DNA from: Eledone cirrhosa
Lineage: Eukaryota
NCBI GenBank assembly: GCA_964016885.1
Contig: OZ024742.1
Location: 260,090,001 to 260,154,000, forward strand
DNA: 64,000 nucleotides
Direction of reading: 5' to 3'
A program made the position numbers and the translations under genes. How positions within the stretch are numbered: position 1 is the first letter of the stretch; the number at the start of each line of letters is the position of its first letter. Under the pieces are notes generated by a model, which made no database searches, was not told the DNA's origin, and was given only the letters and a program-made list of their open reading frames with translations. Shown piece by piece: positions 40,090 to 53,840 of the stretch.

Positions 40090-40350
40090 GGAGAAGCCAT
40101 CTTCAACTGATCTGATTGAATCTCCAAGCAAGATCAGCCGAACTCATGGATGTTATCCAACCATCTTGCTCTGGGTCTCCTGCCAGTTGGTTTTGCCTGT
40201 AAAATCTTCCCAGCAATTCTTTCCTTAGATATTCTAACCACATGTCCATAGTATCAGAGCTATGATCTCTCAATTTGGAGAAGTAGTGGCTCAACCTGGA
40301 GTGGCTCTCTGATCGCCAAGCTACACACTCTATCAACTAATGTTACTCCA
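40090..40350 (-). pseudogene. Decayed LINE ORF 3' end
   Basis: Minus-strand peptide QAKPTGRRPRARWLDNIHE resembles the GRPRxRW terminal motif. Confidence 0.5.
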
Positions 40351-41767
40351 GAGACCTTTCAGGGAAACCCCATTTCAACCACCAACAACACAAATATTTT
40401 AATCCTTTTGATATCAAACAGCCTGAAAAAACCCCTGGGTTTATCATACTTTGTGATTTATTTTTAAATGTTTATATTTATTTAAAAAATCTTCTTCTGT
40501 CATAATTTTATGTAAGGACCTTTGTAATGTTCCAAACACAAGGTTAACAATGACAAAGTTAGTTAATTACTAAATCTATCCAAATACTTGATTATTTCCA
40601 AAATTATTTGAAAGCCAAAGATAGTGTCTTTCATTAGAAATATGACGCCAACCTTTAAACCTTTAGCACAAATGCATCTACTCTGCACAAACATACAGAG
40701 AGAGAGAAAGAAGGAAACAGAGTGAGATAGGGGCACAGGGAGGTTTAAAAGGCTTGAAAAAAAAAAGTACTGGGGCTGATATAAATGACTATATGAAAGC
40801 GGTGCCTCAGTATTGCCAGTCTAAGGACAGAAACCAGTGAAAGAGAGTGTGGTGCCCCAGCATGGCTACAGTCAAATGACTGAAACCAGTGAAAGAGTGT
40901 GGTTCCCCACCATGACTACAGTCTAATAACTGAAATATGTGTAGAATATGAAAGAAAATTGAATGATATTAAGAATATTGGTCTAATTATCATTGGCACA
41001 ACCGTCAATATCTCAATATCACCATCACAACAAGTAGTGAGTGACTATAGTTGTTTGAATATACTGCTACTAATGCTTCAAACAGTGTGCAGTAGCTGCT
41101 ACTAATAGCAAGCAATGCTATTATCTACTACTGTCTTCTACTGGATGCCAGGCAATGAGAGAGAAAGAAACAGAGAGCAATGCTCTTGAAATCAATATTC
41201 TTTTACACTGCAACTCTACTATGTAAACAGCTTTTATTATTGAATGATGTGCCTTACATTATATATATATATGTATAGATGATCTATATGATATACATGT
41301 ATGTATGTATGTATGTATGTATGTGTGTGCGTATTGATATATATATGTGTGTGTTTGTATGTTATATATATATATATATATATACACATTTATATATATG
41401 TAGATATTATGTATATATATATATATATGTATTATGTATTTATAGGTAGGTATGTATGTATGTAAAGGCAGTGAATTAGCAGAGTTGTTAGAACGTCGGA
41501 TAGAATGCTTTATGGTATTTATTCTGACTCTACGAGTTCAAATCCCACTGAAGTCAACTTTGCCCTTCGTCCTTTCGAGATCGATAAAAAAAGTACCAGT
41601 CTAGTACTGGGGTCTATTCTTCCTCTCTCTGGAAGTAATCTGCTGTACTCAGACCTGGAGAGAGATGGGCTCCACCAGGCTTAAACATGCTAAAGAAACA
41701 CTGTATGTCAACACAGTGCCCCTACGATTCTATCAGGAGTTACGGTACCATACCATACCATGTATAT

Positions 41768-42111
41768 ATCATCGTCATCATCATCATCATTTTACGTCCG
41801 CTTTTCCCTGCTTGCAAGGGTAGGACGAGAACTAATTCTGGCTTGATTTCTACAGCTGGAGGCCCTTCCTAACACCAACCTCATTTACTGTGAGTACTGG
41901 GTGCTTTTTTGCCGTGGCACCTCCACGACCACTTTGCAGTGGAATGATAGGGACCCCAGTCCCTATCATCTCATTTCTACAGCTGAGTAAACTGGAGCAA
42001 TGTGAAATAAAGTGTCTTGCTCAAGGAAACAACACATCACCTGGTCTGAGAATTGAACTCACAACGTTTCGATTGCAAGGCCAATGCTCTAACCACTAAG
42101 CCATGTGCCTC
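41768..42111 (-). mobile_element. tRNA-head SINE with RTE tail (family of 26554)
   Basis: Near-identical reverse complement of 26554-26880 with a (GAT)n tail. Confidence 0.85.
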
Positions 42112-42137
42112 TATATATATGTGTGTGTATATATTTG

Positions 42138-42200
<63 letters not shown>

Positions 42201-42806
42201 ATATATATATGTATGTATATATATATGTATGCATATATATATGTAATGGTATGTAAATATACATGCTTATTTGTAAATATATATATATATCATCATCATC
42301 GTTTAACCTTCATTTTCCATGCTAGCATGGGTAGGATAGGCTGTTCCTTTGGGAGAGATCAGGTCTGAGGATCATGTTTCTCTCATACAGGGCTGATTTT
42401 GGCTTTTATATGTATCTACATATATATCATCATTTTACGTCCGCTTTTCCCTGCTTGCATATATATATATTTGTATAGGCAAGAGACCTAGCTTCGTATA
42501 CAAATGAGGCTAATCAGCCCATTTACACAGGCAAAAAACTATACATTTTCGCCTGTCTCTGAGTAGGCAGAGGGTAGCATTGTCCTGACTGGAATCATTT
42601 AAGTTTAAAATGCATAGACAATTATCCCCCTTGCTTTTCCTGTATTCCACTAGACGGCACTGGCCATCAACCTATTCTATTCATAGCTCAGGCTTTCAAA
42701 ATGTTTATTTCTTAAACATACCATATATATTTATGGAATTCACACACACACACATATATATATCTGTGTATAAATATATATACACATAAACACACACACA
42801 CATATA

Positions 42807-42853
<47 letters not shown>

Positions 42854-43192
42854 ATATATTTATAATATATGCATGATTATAATATATATATATGTGTATA
42901 TATATGTATATGTGGAAGCACGTGGCCTAGTGGTAAGACTGTTGGACTTACGATCATAATGTCATGGGTTTGATTCCTGGGTTGCATGTTGTGTTCTTGA
43001 GCAAAATGCTTCAATTCATATTGCTCCAGTATACTCAGCTGAAAATGAGTACCAGCAATAGCTGGCATCCTGTCCAGGGGGGAGTCTTGTACTCTTAGTC
43101 GCTTCATGCCATGAAACCAGGATAATCACTGGCCAAATGAGCCTTCTGGTTTTAAGACAGAGTTAAGACTTAGATATATGTATATATATATG

Positions 43193-43249
<57 letters not shown>

Positions 43250-43255
<6 letters not shown>

Positions 43256-43835
43256 AATTAATATCTAGTAACATATATATACATACAGATGCATATCAAT
43301 GCTAGCAAATATATAGGTTTTGTCTTAGTAACTTTGTGGTTCAATGCATGGGGTTGCAGAACAATAATATGAGAGACGTAAAATAAGAAAATTATAAAAT
43401 TAACTTACTTACTAAAATTTCACTCCCAACTAATTAGTTTCTGAAATGGAATAAATATACTTTCCGAAGAAAATATAGAGAAGCATTTCGTCGTCAGGGA
43501 AGACTATTCTCAGCTAAGTATTCAGGCAAAGCGTGGACTCTGGAAACTTATACAAAAATAATTCAGTGGATAGAAAATAGCAAAGCATGGACTGAATTCC
43601 TAGCCATTGAGAAAATCACTGCCTCTGCGTCGGTGGCAAATTCAAAAAGAATCAATCACGTGACATCGAGGTCAATCAGTGGAAAGTGGTTTGTTAATAA
43701 GACAGCGGCCTGCCTGCTACCATAGCAGCAGTCTTGGCCAATATTGCTCGACAAATAATTTGGAGATAATTATAAAGAATTAATATCTAGTAACATATAT
43801 ATACATACAGATGCATATCAATGCTAGCAAATATA
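43250..43835. repeat. About 65-bp exact direct repeat flanking a ~450-bp segment (PLE-like partial tandem or long TSD)
   Basis: tataaagaattaatatctagtaac...gctagcaaatatata at about 43250-43315 and 43771-43836. Confidence 0.7.
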
Positions 43836-43907
43836 TATATGTATATATATATATATGAAATAAAATAACAGGAGGCTGAACTGGTGTAAATCCTTGAAAG
43901 GTTTATT

Positions 43908-43965
43908 ATACTATGATCATTTCAATGACCGGGTTCCATATGAATCCGGTGATATCATCAGGTAT
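43908..43965 (-). ncRNA. Minimal type I hammerhead ribozyme motif
   Basis: Minus strand reads atac-CTGATGA-tatcaccgg...ccggtcatt-GAAA-tgatca-TA-gtat: intact core and palindromic stem III. Confidence 0.7.
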
Positions 43966-44238
43966 TGGGATATAACAAAGGAATATGTAAAAAACCATGG
44001 GTCCGAAAAATCAGAGACAGAGACAGAGAGGACGGCTGACCAACTAGCTTCTCGGCCAGTCGCCCTCAAAGTGTTGGCAACTGAAGCTACTAATGAATAT
44101 CTGGTGAGGGGGCGAAGGTTTATAATGCACTACCACCACTCTGCATACTCTTCACAATATTACACCAGGATTGACCATACGGAATGACCAGTTCTATCCA
44201 GTGGTGAACCAACAAACCTAAAGAAATATATATATATA

Positions 44239-44872
44239 CTAGCAGAAAAACCACCGCTCAGGTGGTTTTCTGCTAGCATGTGTAGTATGTATATTGATAT
44301 TATACGCAAGTATATACACATGTAGATATGATACATCAAATAAAATCATAATTGACAATATACACAAATTGAATGAAGACGTTGTTACACTGTCTTATGT
44401 AATCAGTAACGTAATCCATGATACATTAAAAAAAGACGATATTATATATAAATTGCATTAGGAGAATATTAGTATGTTTATTTAAGTGATCGCCACCGGG
44501 AGTGTTGACATCACACACTTTCTCTTTCTATATATATGGTAGTTGAAGTGGTGGTGGTGGCAACGATATACCGGAAGTGCAACTTTGAAAAGAAGTCAAT
44601 TTTAAATTATTTATTTTTACAAAATTTAGTAGATAAATTATGTAATATTCATTCATTATTTATTCAAAGTAATTCTGAGTTCAAATCCCGCCGAGGTTAA
44701 CTTTCATCCTTACGGGGTCAATAAAAATAAAGTACCAGTAATGTACTGGGTAATTGCTGGCCTTGTTCCAATAGTAGAAACAATTATTTATTCAAAGTAA
44801 TCCAACTTATTTTACTAACGGGATAAAACAAAATAAACCGTACGCAGTCCTGCAGACCTTCCTTTATTTAGA
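44239..44872 (-). mobile_element. Non-autonomous Helitron
   Basis: Minus strand begins A|TCTAAATAAAG and ends with a GC-rich hairpin (ccacc-tgagc-ggtgg) plus CTAG|T. Inserted between A and T with no TSD. Confidence 0.75.
44674..44782 (+). mobile_element. 5'-truncated Nin-like SINE nested in the Helitron
   Basis: Flanked by the 19-bp direct repeat attatttattcaaagtaat (44655-44673, 44783-44801). Confidence 0.85.
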
Positions 44873-45009
44873 TATATCCACATTTTAGTTTGGTGGTTCG
44901 CCACTGGATAGAACTGGTCATTCCGCATGGTTAACCATGATGAAATAGTAGGAAAAGCACTCAGCATTACATAACTCATCCATTTCACCTGTCCGACCTC
45001 CTGTCATTT

Positions 45010-45069
<60 letters not shown>

Positions 45070-45072
<3 letters not shown>

Positions 45073-45312
45073 GGTGTCACGACAAAAAAACACACAGTTC
45101 ACGCTGTAATGTGGCCGTGTAGGCAACACGGTAAAAACCTCCCAGACCCACACTGTAAATGTGGTTGGTGTTAGGAAGGGCATCCAACTGTAGAAAACCT
45201 GCCAGACAGTCCTATGCGAGCAAGACAATCACTCTTGCCTCAAGTGGGACTACCCCCGTCCAAACCCATGCAAGCGTGGAACACGGACGTTAAACGTTGA
45301 TGATGATGATGA

Positions 45313-45316
<4 letters not shown>
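45070..45316 (+). mobile_element. RTE 3'UTR fragment, near-identical to 32810-33059
   Basis: Direct sequence match plus (GAT)n tail, inside (TA)n. Confidence 0.9.
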
Positions 45317-45351
<35 letters not shown>

Positions 45352-45540
45352 CATATATATATGTATATATATATATAAATTCAAAATATTAATAAATGTA
45401 AACATTCACGTAATCAAAATATATACGTCAATGTCTACATTTATTAATATTTTGAATTAATATTAATAACTCCAGAAAACTTTACTGTTGAGCTCTTCTA
45501 ATCTATTGTAAAACTAAATTCATTGATTAATCTTTTGGTT

Positions 45541-45870
45541 ATCATCATTTCATTTTACGTCCGCTTTTTCCCTGCTTGCAAGGGTGGGATGGGAACTGAT
45601 TCTGGCTTGATTTCTACAGCTGGATGCCCTTCCTAACACCAACCTCATTTACAGTGAGTGCTGGGTGCTTTTTTGCTGTGGCACCTCCACGACCACTTTG
45701 CAGTGGAATGATATGGACCCCGGTCCCTATCATCTCATTTCTACAGCTGAGTAAACTGGAGCAATGTGAAATAAAGTGTCTTGCTCAAGGAAACAACACA
45801 TCACCCGGTCTGAGAATTGAACTCACAACCTTTCGATTGCAAGGCTCTAACCACTGAGCCATGTGCCTCC
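45541..45870 (-). mobile_element. tRNA-head SINE with RTE tail (family of 26554)
   Basis: Reverse-complement match to 26554-26890. Confidence 0.85.
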
Positions 45871-45959
45871 ATAATGATAATTATATATATAGTAATAATA
45901 ATAAATTTGAAGACTAAAATCCAAAGAGGGCTCGATAAGGATAAATATTATTTTAATAA

Positions 45960-45993
<34 letters not shown>

Positions 45994-46068
45994 ATGTATG
46001 TATTAAGTATTTCCGTAGAAAAGGTAAAGGAGAGAAGAGTGCTCTGTGTATAGTACAGAGCTATTTAG

Positions 46069-46558
46069 TTACATAATAAACAACACAATATAATTATTCC
46101 ATTACCAAAGGTTTCAAGAAACTAGACGATACTTACAGAAACTTCCGGCTCGTTCATCAGATAAAAATAAAAGCGAGGCTGAGTTAAATATCAACTTATG
46201 ACAGAAAAAATGTTATGTATATATATACACACATATAAATATACATACATGCACTGACACATAAAATTACATGCGTGCATATATATGGATGTACATATAT
46301 ATGCACGCATGTAATTTTATGTGTCAGTGCATGTATGTATATTTATATGTCTGTATATATATACATAAAACATTTTTCTGTCATAAGTTGATATTTAACT
46401 CAGCGTCTCTTTTATTTTTAATAGAAATCAATTTCAAAACTTATATACAAAACATAACTATTTTATCTGATGAACGAGTCGGACGTTTCTGTAAGGATCG
46501 TCTAGTTTCCTGAAACCTTTGGTAATGGAATAATTATATTGTGTTGTTTATTATGTAA
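46069..46558. repeat. About 490-bp imperfect palindrome with a hammerhead motif in each arm
   Basis: Arms are reverse-complementary around a centre near 46290; the right arm has a ~40-bp insertion. Confidence 0.9.
46461..46530 (+). ncRNA. Hammerhead ribozyme motif (mirror copy at 46097-46166 on the - strand)
   Basis: ttttat-CTGATGA-[imperfect stem II]-GAAA-cc-ttt-gg-TA-atggaa; stem I pairs using two G-U wobbles. Confidence 0.55.
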
Positions 46559-47414
46559 TTATATATATATTATAACAAGTACATATCATGACCATTGTGT
46601 AAATAAAGATAACATCTAGCCTTCATGTAGTCTTGTTGATTATATATATGTATATGATCATCATCATCATCATTTAGTGTCCCCTGTCCCTGCTAGCAAA
46701 GGTTCTATGATCTTCACAGCTCAAGTTAGTACTGAAGCAGGTGCCCTGACCTCTCAGATAGTTTGGGAATCTGCATCGCACATATGTAGTCATATCTTTG
46801 ATGCAACTGAAGGGTCTTCCCAACCTTTTGTTTCTCAAGCTTTCTTCGGCTGGATGCTCTTCCTATTACCAGGCACTTTATTTTTATATTTTCATTGTAT
46901 ATCAATATATCGTCATCTTCATCGTTTAACGTCTATCTTCCACACTAGCATGGGTTAGATGGGAATTATCCCACTTGAGGCAAGATTGATCGGGTGACTG
47001 TGTCTTGTTCATATAGGACGGTATCTGGCAGGTTTTCTATGGCTGGATGCCCTTCCTAACACCAACCACATTTACAGTGTGGACTGGGAGCCTTTTTACC
47101 GTGTCTCCTATATGATATATATATCAATATGTATATCAATATATATATATATAATATGCATATATAGTAGAGGTAATTTCATTCATTCGAGAATCCACAA
47201 GACAGGCCCGCTCATTACAGGGCATGCCTTGAGTAGATAGATCATAAAATACCGGCCTTATGTGGCCAGACTCACATATTAGCATTGACTGCTCAAACTG
47301 GTGAACCATCAGTAACTAACATTACACATTGTATATCATTAAACGATGATGATGATACACCTGATTATTTTTATACCCAGTTCTTCTCTCAGTTCATCCA
47401 CACCCAAATCATTT

Positions 47415-47521
<107 letters not shown>

Positions 47522-47685
47522 TTATCAGAGATATCTGCTGTAGAATATGATGCACATATATATCAAATGCTTCCCTCTTTTATTTGGTAGAGACAAAAAA
47601 ATATATACATTCATATATCATCATCATCATCATCATCATCGTTTAACATCTATCTTCCACGTTAGCATCTATATGTATATATGTA

Positions 47686-47723
<38 letters not shown>

Positions 47724-49104
47724 TGTATGTGTGTGATAGTGCATGTGTATACATATATATGTATGTAGTTAAGTTTTAGATATATGTAATAAAGTATCTT
47801 ATACACACACATACACATAATCCTTATATATACATGTATATTATATTTATATTTCAAAACATTTTAATCACTTTTACAATATCAAAAATATTATAATTTG
47901 ACATAAGGCCAGCAATTTTGAGGAGAAAGTTGATAAGATTGATTCCAGTTCTTGACTGGTTCTTTATTTCATTGACCCTTGAGGGATGAAAGGCATTGAC
48001 CTCAGCAGGATTTGAAATCAGAACATAAAGAGTGTAAACAACAATGATTATAACAATATCAGTAACAGCAAGAATCATAATAATAACAATTTTTTTTATT
48101 TGTCATAAGGGTGCCAAATGAGGGGAACATTACAAAGACTAGATACATAAATGATGGTAATGCTGGGGGAAGTATATAAAAATTGGAGGAGTAGAAAAAA
48201 ACAGATGTACATAGTATATATGGTAATGATAAAGAATCCCTTAATGTAGGAGCATCTCCAAATGGGGACAATGAAGGAACCCCATAAACCCACAGTCATC
48301 TTGACACTGCAAGTGCCCTCTTCTATTTTTTTCCTTCTCTGACCTAATGGCAAAACCATTCACTTTTGCCATTTTCGCCACAGTCATACCTATCTTTTAT
48401 GAAATTCACTAAAAGAGAGCATCCTCTCTCCACTCTCACCTTTCCTTTTATAATAATAACGATTATAGTTTCTAATTTAGGCACAAAGCCAACAATTTGG
48501 GGAGATGAAGGGGAGTCAATGAACATCAGTATTTCACTGGTACTTTATTTTATCGATCCCAGAATGATGAAAGGCTAAGTAGGGGATTTTGAACTCAAAA
48601 CAAAGAGCCAGAACTAATACTACAAAGCATTTTGTCTGATGCTCTAATGATTTTGTCAATCCACTGCCCCTCCATAATAAGGATAATGATGATAATAATA
48701 ATAATGATAATAATAAGAATAATAATTATAATTATAATATAACTGTTATAACCAAAGCTAATGAAGATTTTTATGAATCATTACCTGAGTTAAGGTTTTA
48801 AATATTAATGTAATTTTGATTTGTTTTTTAATATGCCTTCCTATGTTGGTACATTTGTGGGTCAGGAATGGTTCTGTGGGAATTTGTGCATGTATGTATG
48901 TGGCCTAGTGGTTAGGGTAATGGACTCATGATCATAAGGTCTGTGTTTGAATCCTGGACCAACTGGTGCATAGTATTCTTGAGCAAGACACTTCATTTCA
49001 CATTACCTTTCATGATATAACTGAGGCCCCCTTTCATTAAAACACCCAAGAAACCTCCCTATGAGATGCGACATCATAATCTCACATTCCATGTAACATA
49101 CATA

Positions 49105-49560
49105 GGTGCAGACATGGCTGTGTGGTTAAAAAGTTCAGTTCTCAACCATGTGGTTTCAAGTTCTATCCTACTCCACAGCAGCTGAGTACTCTAACCACAA
49201 ATTGAGAAATACCTTGTGAGTGGAATTTGGTGGCCAAGTGGAGGGGAAAGGTGTCTGTGTTTATGTCCCATAACTTAGTGGTTCAACAAAATTAGATTGA
49301 TAAAATACATACCAGACTTGGAAAAATAAGTACTGGGGTCAATAGCGTTGACCAAAGGAAGGCGGTGCCCCAGCATAGCCACCGTCTAATGACTGAAACC
49401 AGTGCGTGTGTGTGGTGCCCCAGCATGACCATAGTCTAGTAGCTGAAGCTGGTAAAAGTGTCTGGTGCCCCAGCATGGACACAGTCTAATGTCTGAAACT
49501 GGTGAAATAGTGTGATGTCCCAGCATGGCCACGGTCTAATTTCTAAAACCAGTAAAATAT
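49105..49560 (+). mobile_element. tRNA-head SINE ending in four tandem ~45-bp units (ggtgccccagcatggccacagtctaatgactgaaaccagt)
   Basis: A/B-box-like head and tandemly repeated tail. The same tail occurs three times at about 40797-40935. Confidence 0.6.
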
Positions 49561-50735
49561 TTAAAGAATAACATATCTCTATGAAAATATGTGTTTGTGA
49601 ATGTATATGTAAGGCGGTGTTTCTGTATGTCTACAAGAATGCATCTATCAGTGGCTCATGGGATCCATAGATCTGTAGTTGTTCAGAGATCCTTGGTGTC
49701 TACAGATGTGTTGTTGTCCACAGGTCAGTGAGTGTCCACACATCTTTGGGTGTCCAAGGATTCTTGGATATCCATAGATTCTTGGATGTCCATAAAAGTA
49801 TTAGGGGTCACTGAACTAAGTTCAAAATGTCAAGTACTTTGTCAGAAAACATTATATATTAGTACATGTGCATCATAGTATAAAATAGATGGAAACCACA
49901 GAAATCTTATTATAAGGTTTCATGTTTAGTTATCTGTTACTCATTTAAGTTTATATTTTTCAGTTTAAAATAGTCTAGTATTATTATAAGTGTAAACAAC
50001 TAATTGAAAAGAAGCATTTGGAAAATTTGAAATGTAATTACTTAGATGTAAATGACCCTAATAATAATTGAGAAAAATGTGATGGAAAAAAGTGAACAGA
50101 GGCAGAGTTTTCTCAACTGTTATTTATAGTGATCGACTATTGTTCTGGTCATTTGTTTGGGATGACTACATTTCAAATTTCTATTATTACATGTTATATA
50201 GATTTTGTTTTTACTTGAAGGTTTTTGTAAGAATGTTGAATTAAATTTCAATATACTCTAGATGTTTCCCTAACTGTAATAAAATCTAGGTTTTTTTCTT
50301 AACTGTAAATAAATATTTAATTTTTATAAACTCTAGATTTTTCCCTAACTGTAAAAATATATTTCATTTTCCTAAAAGAGGATAAACATTAGGATTGAAT
50401 TTTTACTTAATATATATATATATTTTTTTTATCAAATTAGTTATGAACCCTAACTAAAATACTTCTGACTGCAGTGTAAGGAAATTGAATTGTAATCCTT
50501 TTAGTTTTAATATGATTTAATGGAATTGTTTCTTTAAAATGCATACCCAGCCTTTTTGATACCAATGCCTGAAACCACCCCTGGTTCTTATTATCAAAAT
50601 TATTTGAAAATCTTAGGCAGTATCTTTCATTAGAAATATAGTAATGAAAAGGTTAATGTGTTTATATTTATCTAAAAATCTTCCATCATAATTTTATGTA
50701 AGACAGTACTATAGCTGCAAAAAATTAAATATTAA

Positions 50736-50942
50736 CCCTTTAATGTTCAAACCGGCCAAAACCGGCCAGAATTCTCTACCTTTTTCTGTTGAAACTGGCT
50801 GTAACTGGTCACTCAAACTGATGTTAAGGTATTGTTCTCAAAATAAATACTTTCAAAATCACATAGATTCGATATTATGTGAGATAAAGCATTTACCATG
50901 AAAATATAATAGTATATATAGAGTAATGTGAATACTAAAGGG
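50736..50942. mobile_element. piggyBac-like MITE
   Basis: TTAA on both sides; TIRs ccctttaatgttca / tgaatactaaaggg match at 12 of 14 positions. Confidence 0.75.
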
Positions 50943-53650
50943 TTAAAATCTTTACTCTAATACAATGAATTTTCACAACAGTGACCTCTAATAAAGATAC
51001 TATATCATTACAGGTTGTTAAAAATTACAGAGATGATGACAGTTGTACTTGTTTTAATTAAAGTATACAAGTGTTGTTCTCATGAAACAGAGGTTTCCTG
51101 AGTTGGTAGCAACACCTGTAACAAAGTTAACACTAACCCCTTTCATAAACACCTGTAACAAAATTAGTTCTTGCACTCCCCTTTACTTAAACACCTGTAA
51201 AAAAGGGGGGAAGGAATTGGCTGTTATTACTAACTACTTGAAATTTATTTTGTTAATGTCTCCTGTAGTATTGAGAGAAAAGATTTCTTCAGTTGATATC
51301 TTCAAATTAATTTATTTTTATTAGAAATACTTTAAGAAGATCAAATACAAAACGAGCCACTTTTTAAACCTTTTTAATATCAAACTACCTGAAACTACCC
51401 CTGAGTCTACAGTAGAAAACTGTTTTAAAGGGTTATTACCATCTTCTTCATCGTCGTCACTATTTATCATATATTTTCCAGGCTTTCATTGTTTAGATGG
51501 GTTGTTACTTTATGAGGCTAGACAAGTCAGGCGATGACGTCTTGCTCATCTGATCCAATTTTGGCTTAGTTTTCTACAGCTGGATGCCCTTCCTAATGCC
51601 AACAATCTTACAGAGTGTACTGAGAGCTTTTTACAGGGTAGACTGGGTGCTTTTTCTAATGGCACCAGCACAACCACCTTATTGGGTAGGCTGGAGATTC
51701 TTATTGTGTCACCAGCACTACCATTGTACAAGGAGGACTGGGTGCTTTTTGTCATGGCATCAGTACTGTGGAATAGCAAACAACATGTCATGGAGAGGCT
51801 TTGAAGAGAATGAGTTGCACTTGGTAGTATATTGTGGAGTATATCCAGCTTTCCATGCATTGGTTGATCAGGAAAGGTGTATCTGGGATATGGCTTGTTT
51901 TGAAGGAAGTAGCACATCATCATCATCATCATCAAATATCTATTTTCCATGTAAGAACCTTGTTAAGTTATATTCCAAACACCATAATAATGAGGAAGTT
52001 AGTTATTTTACAAAACCTCCCCAAATTTTTGATTACTTTCCAAATTAATTGAAAATCATAGAAAGTGTCTTTTATTAGAAATATAGTAACAAGAGGGTTA
52101 ATCATAGGCACTGTCTTTCATTAGAAATATGGTAGGGAAAGGGTTAAAGACACAGGCAGTGTCTTTCATTAGAAATATGGTAATGAACGGGTTAAATCAC
52201 AAAGAAATCAAAACATCAAGCTGCAGAACCTTATTGTGTTGGAGGAACTTAGTAAAAGACAGGCATTTCACATATTATCAATGACCTAGTCAGGTGTAAT
52301 ATTAGATTTAATGAAGCTGCTTCCTATGGATTGTAATTGATCTATGGTTAAAGAGGATTAGCCATTGTTAATCCTTTCCTTACCAGATTTTTATAATGGA
52401 CCTCCACTGATTTTTCAACCATGGGTGTTCAATCAATGGAACAGCCTGCTCAACAAATTAACATGTAAGTGGCTAATCATAATTCCTAGGTAAATTTAAC
52501 ATGACACCCTATACAATAAGGTTGGCCCTAAGAAGTACTGGTACAGTCCATCCAAACAGTTTCCATCTATCCAGTTTCAGTCACAAGGCATGGGTCATCT
52601 TGAGGCACAATGGGATCAAACCTGGGACCTAATGATTGCAGAACAAACTTATTAACCATTTGGCCATGCTATGTCCACACCATATTTCTAATGAAAGACA
52701 CTGTTTATGATTTTTTTTTTATTTTGAAGATAATCAAGAATTTGAGTGGTGTACTAAATATAACTTTCTTTTAAGTTAATGTTTGGAACACAACTTAAGA
52801 AAGGTCCTTACTTAAAATTATGCTGGAAGGTTTTTAGGTAAATACAAACAAAATATGCATATATATATACACACACATATATATATATATACACACATAT
52901 ATACACACACATATATACATGCACACACACATATATATATATGCATATGTGTATGTGTGTGTATGTGTATATATATATGTGTGTATGTATAATTATAAAG
53001 GATGATGTGCTCAAGCACATAGATGCTATAAAACAGCTTATAAAATAGGTTGAAGACCCTTAAAAGTTGCCATCAGCCACTATGAGGAAATTAACCCCAT
53101 ATCTCTCTGATATCAGTTGAGGTTTTAACCATTAAGCTAAGGAGCCATAACAACTTTTCTACTGTCTTTAGTGGTCAATGGCAACTTCTTTTCCCATCTT
53201 TTAAGGGTCTTCCTCTTATTTTATAAACTATTTTATAACATCTGTGTGCTTGAGTACATCATACTTCCATGCTAGCGTGGAAGGTGGATGTTAAATGATG
53301 ATGATGATGATATATATATATGTAAACCGTCTAATATAGACAACTATGTATCATAGAATCAGAGATCGCTTTGGGTAGTTTGGTGTCAAAAGGATTAAGC
53401 TGGTGTTTAGGGCATAACCTAATAAAGTTTCCACCATAAAATTATGATGGGAGGTTTTTAGATAAATATAAATATGAGAACAAACAACTATGTATCATAG
53501 GACCAGAGTTGATATCAAGTGGTTTGTTAACAAAAGACTTAAATACATAAATCTTACATTGTTGAGTACCACTTAAGGAAACAATATAGGATGTTAATGA
53601 TCAGTGTCTTACAATCTACTATAGTTGTTGGGCATTATGTATGAAATGTT

Positions 53651-53840
53651 AAGCACGGTGGATTGGCAGTATTGGTAGAGGATCGGCGGCCATGCTTTGC
53701 AGCAAAGAGTTATGGACCTTTATGGTCTGAGTTCAAATTCCGTCAAGGTTAACTTTGCCTTTCATCCTTACGGGGTCGATAAAATAAAGCACCGGTAATA
53801 TACTGGGTTAATTGCTGGCCTTGTGCCAAAAGTAGAAACA
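53651..53840 (+). mobile_element. Nin-like SINE with 17-bp TSD
   Basis: attatgtatgaaatgtt at 53634-53650 and 53841-53857. Confidence 0.85.
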
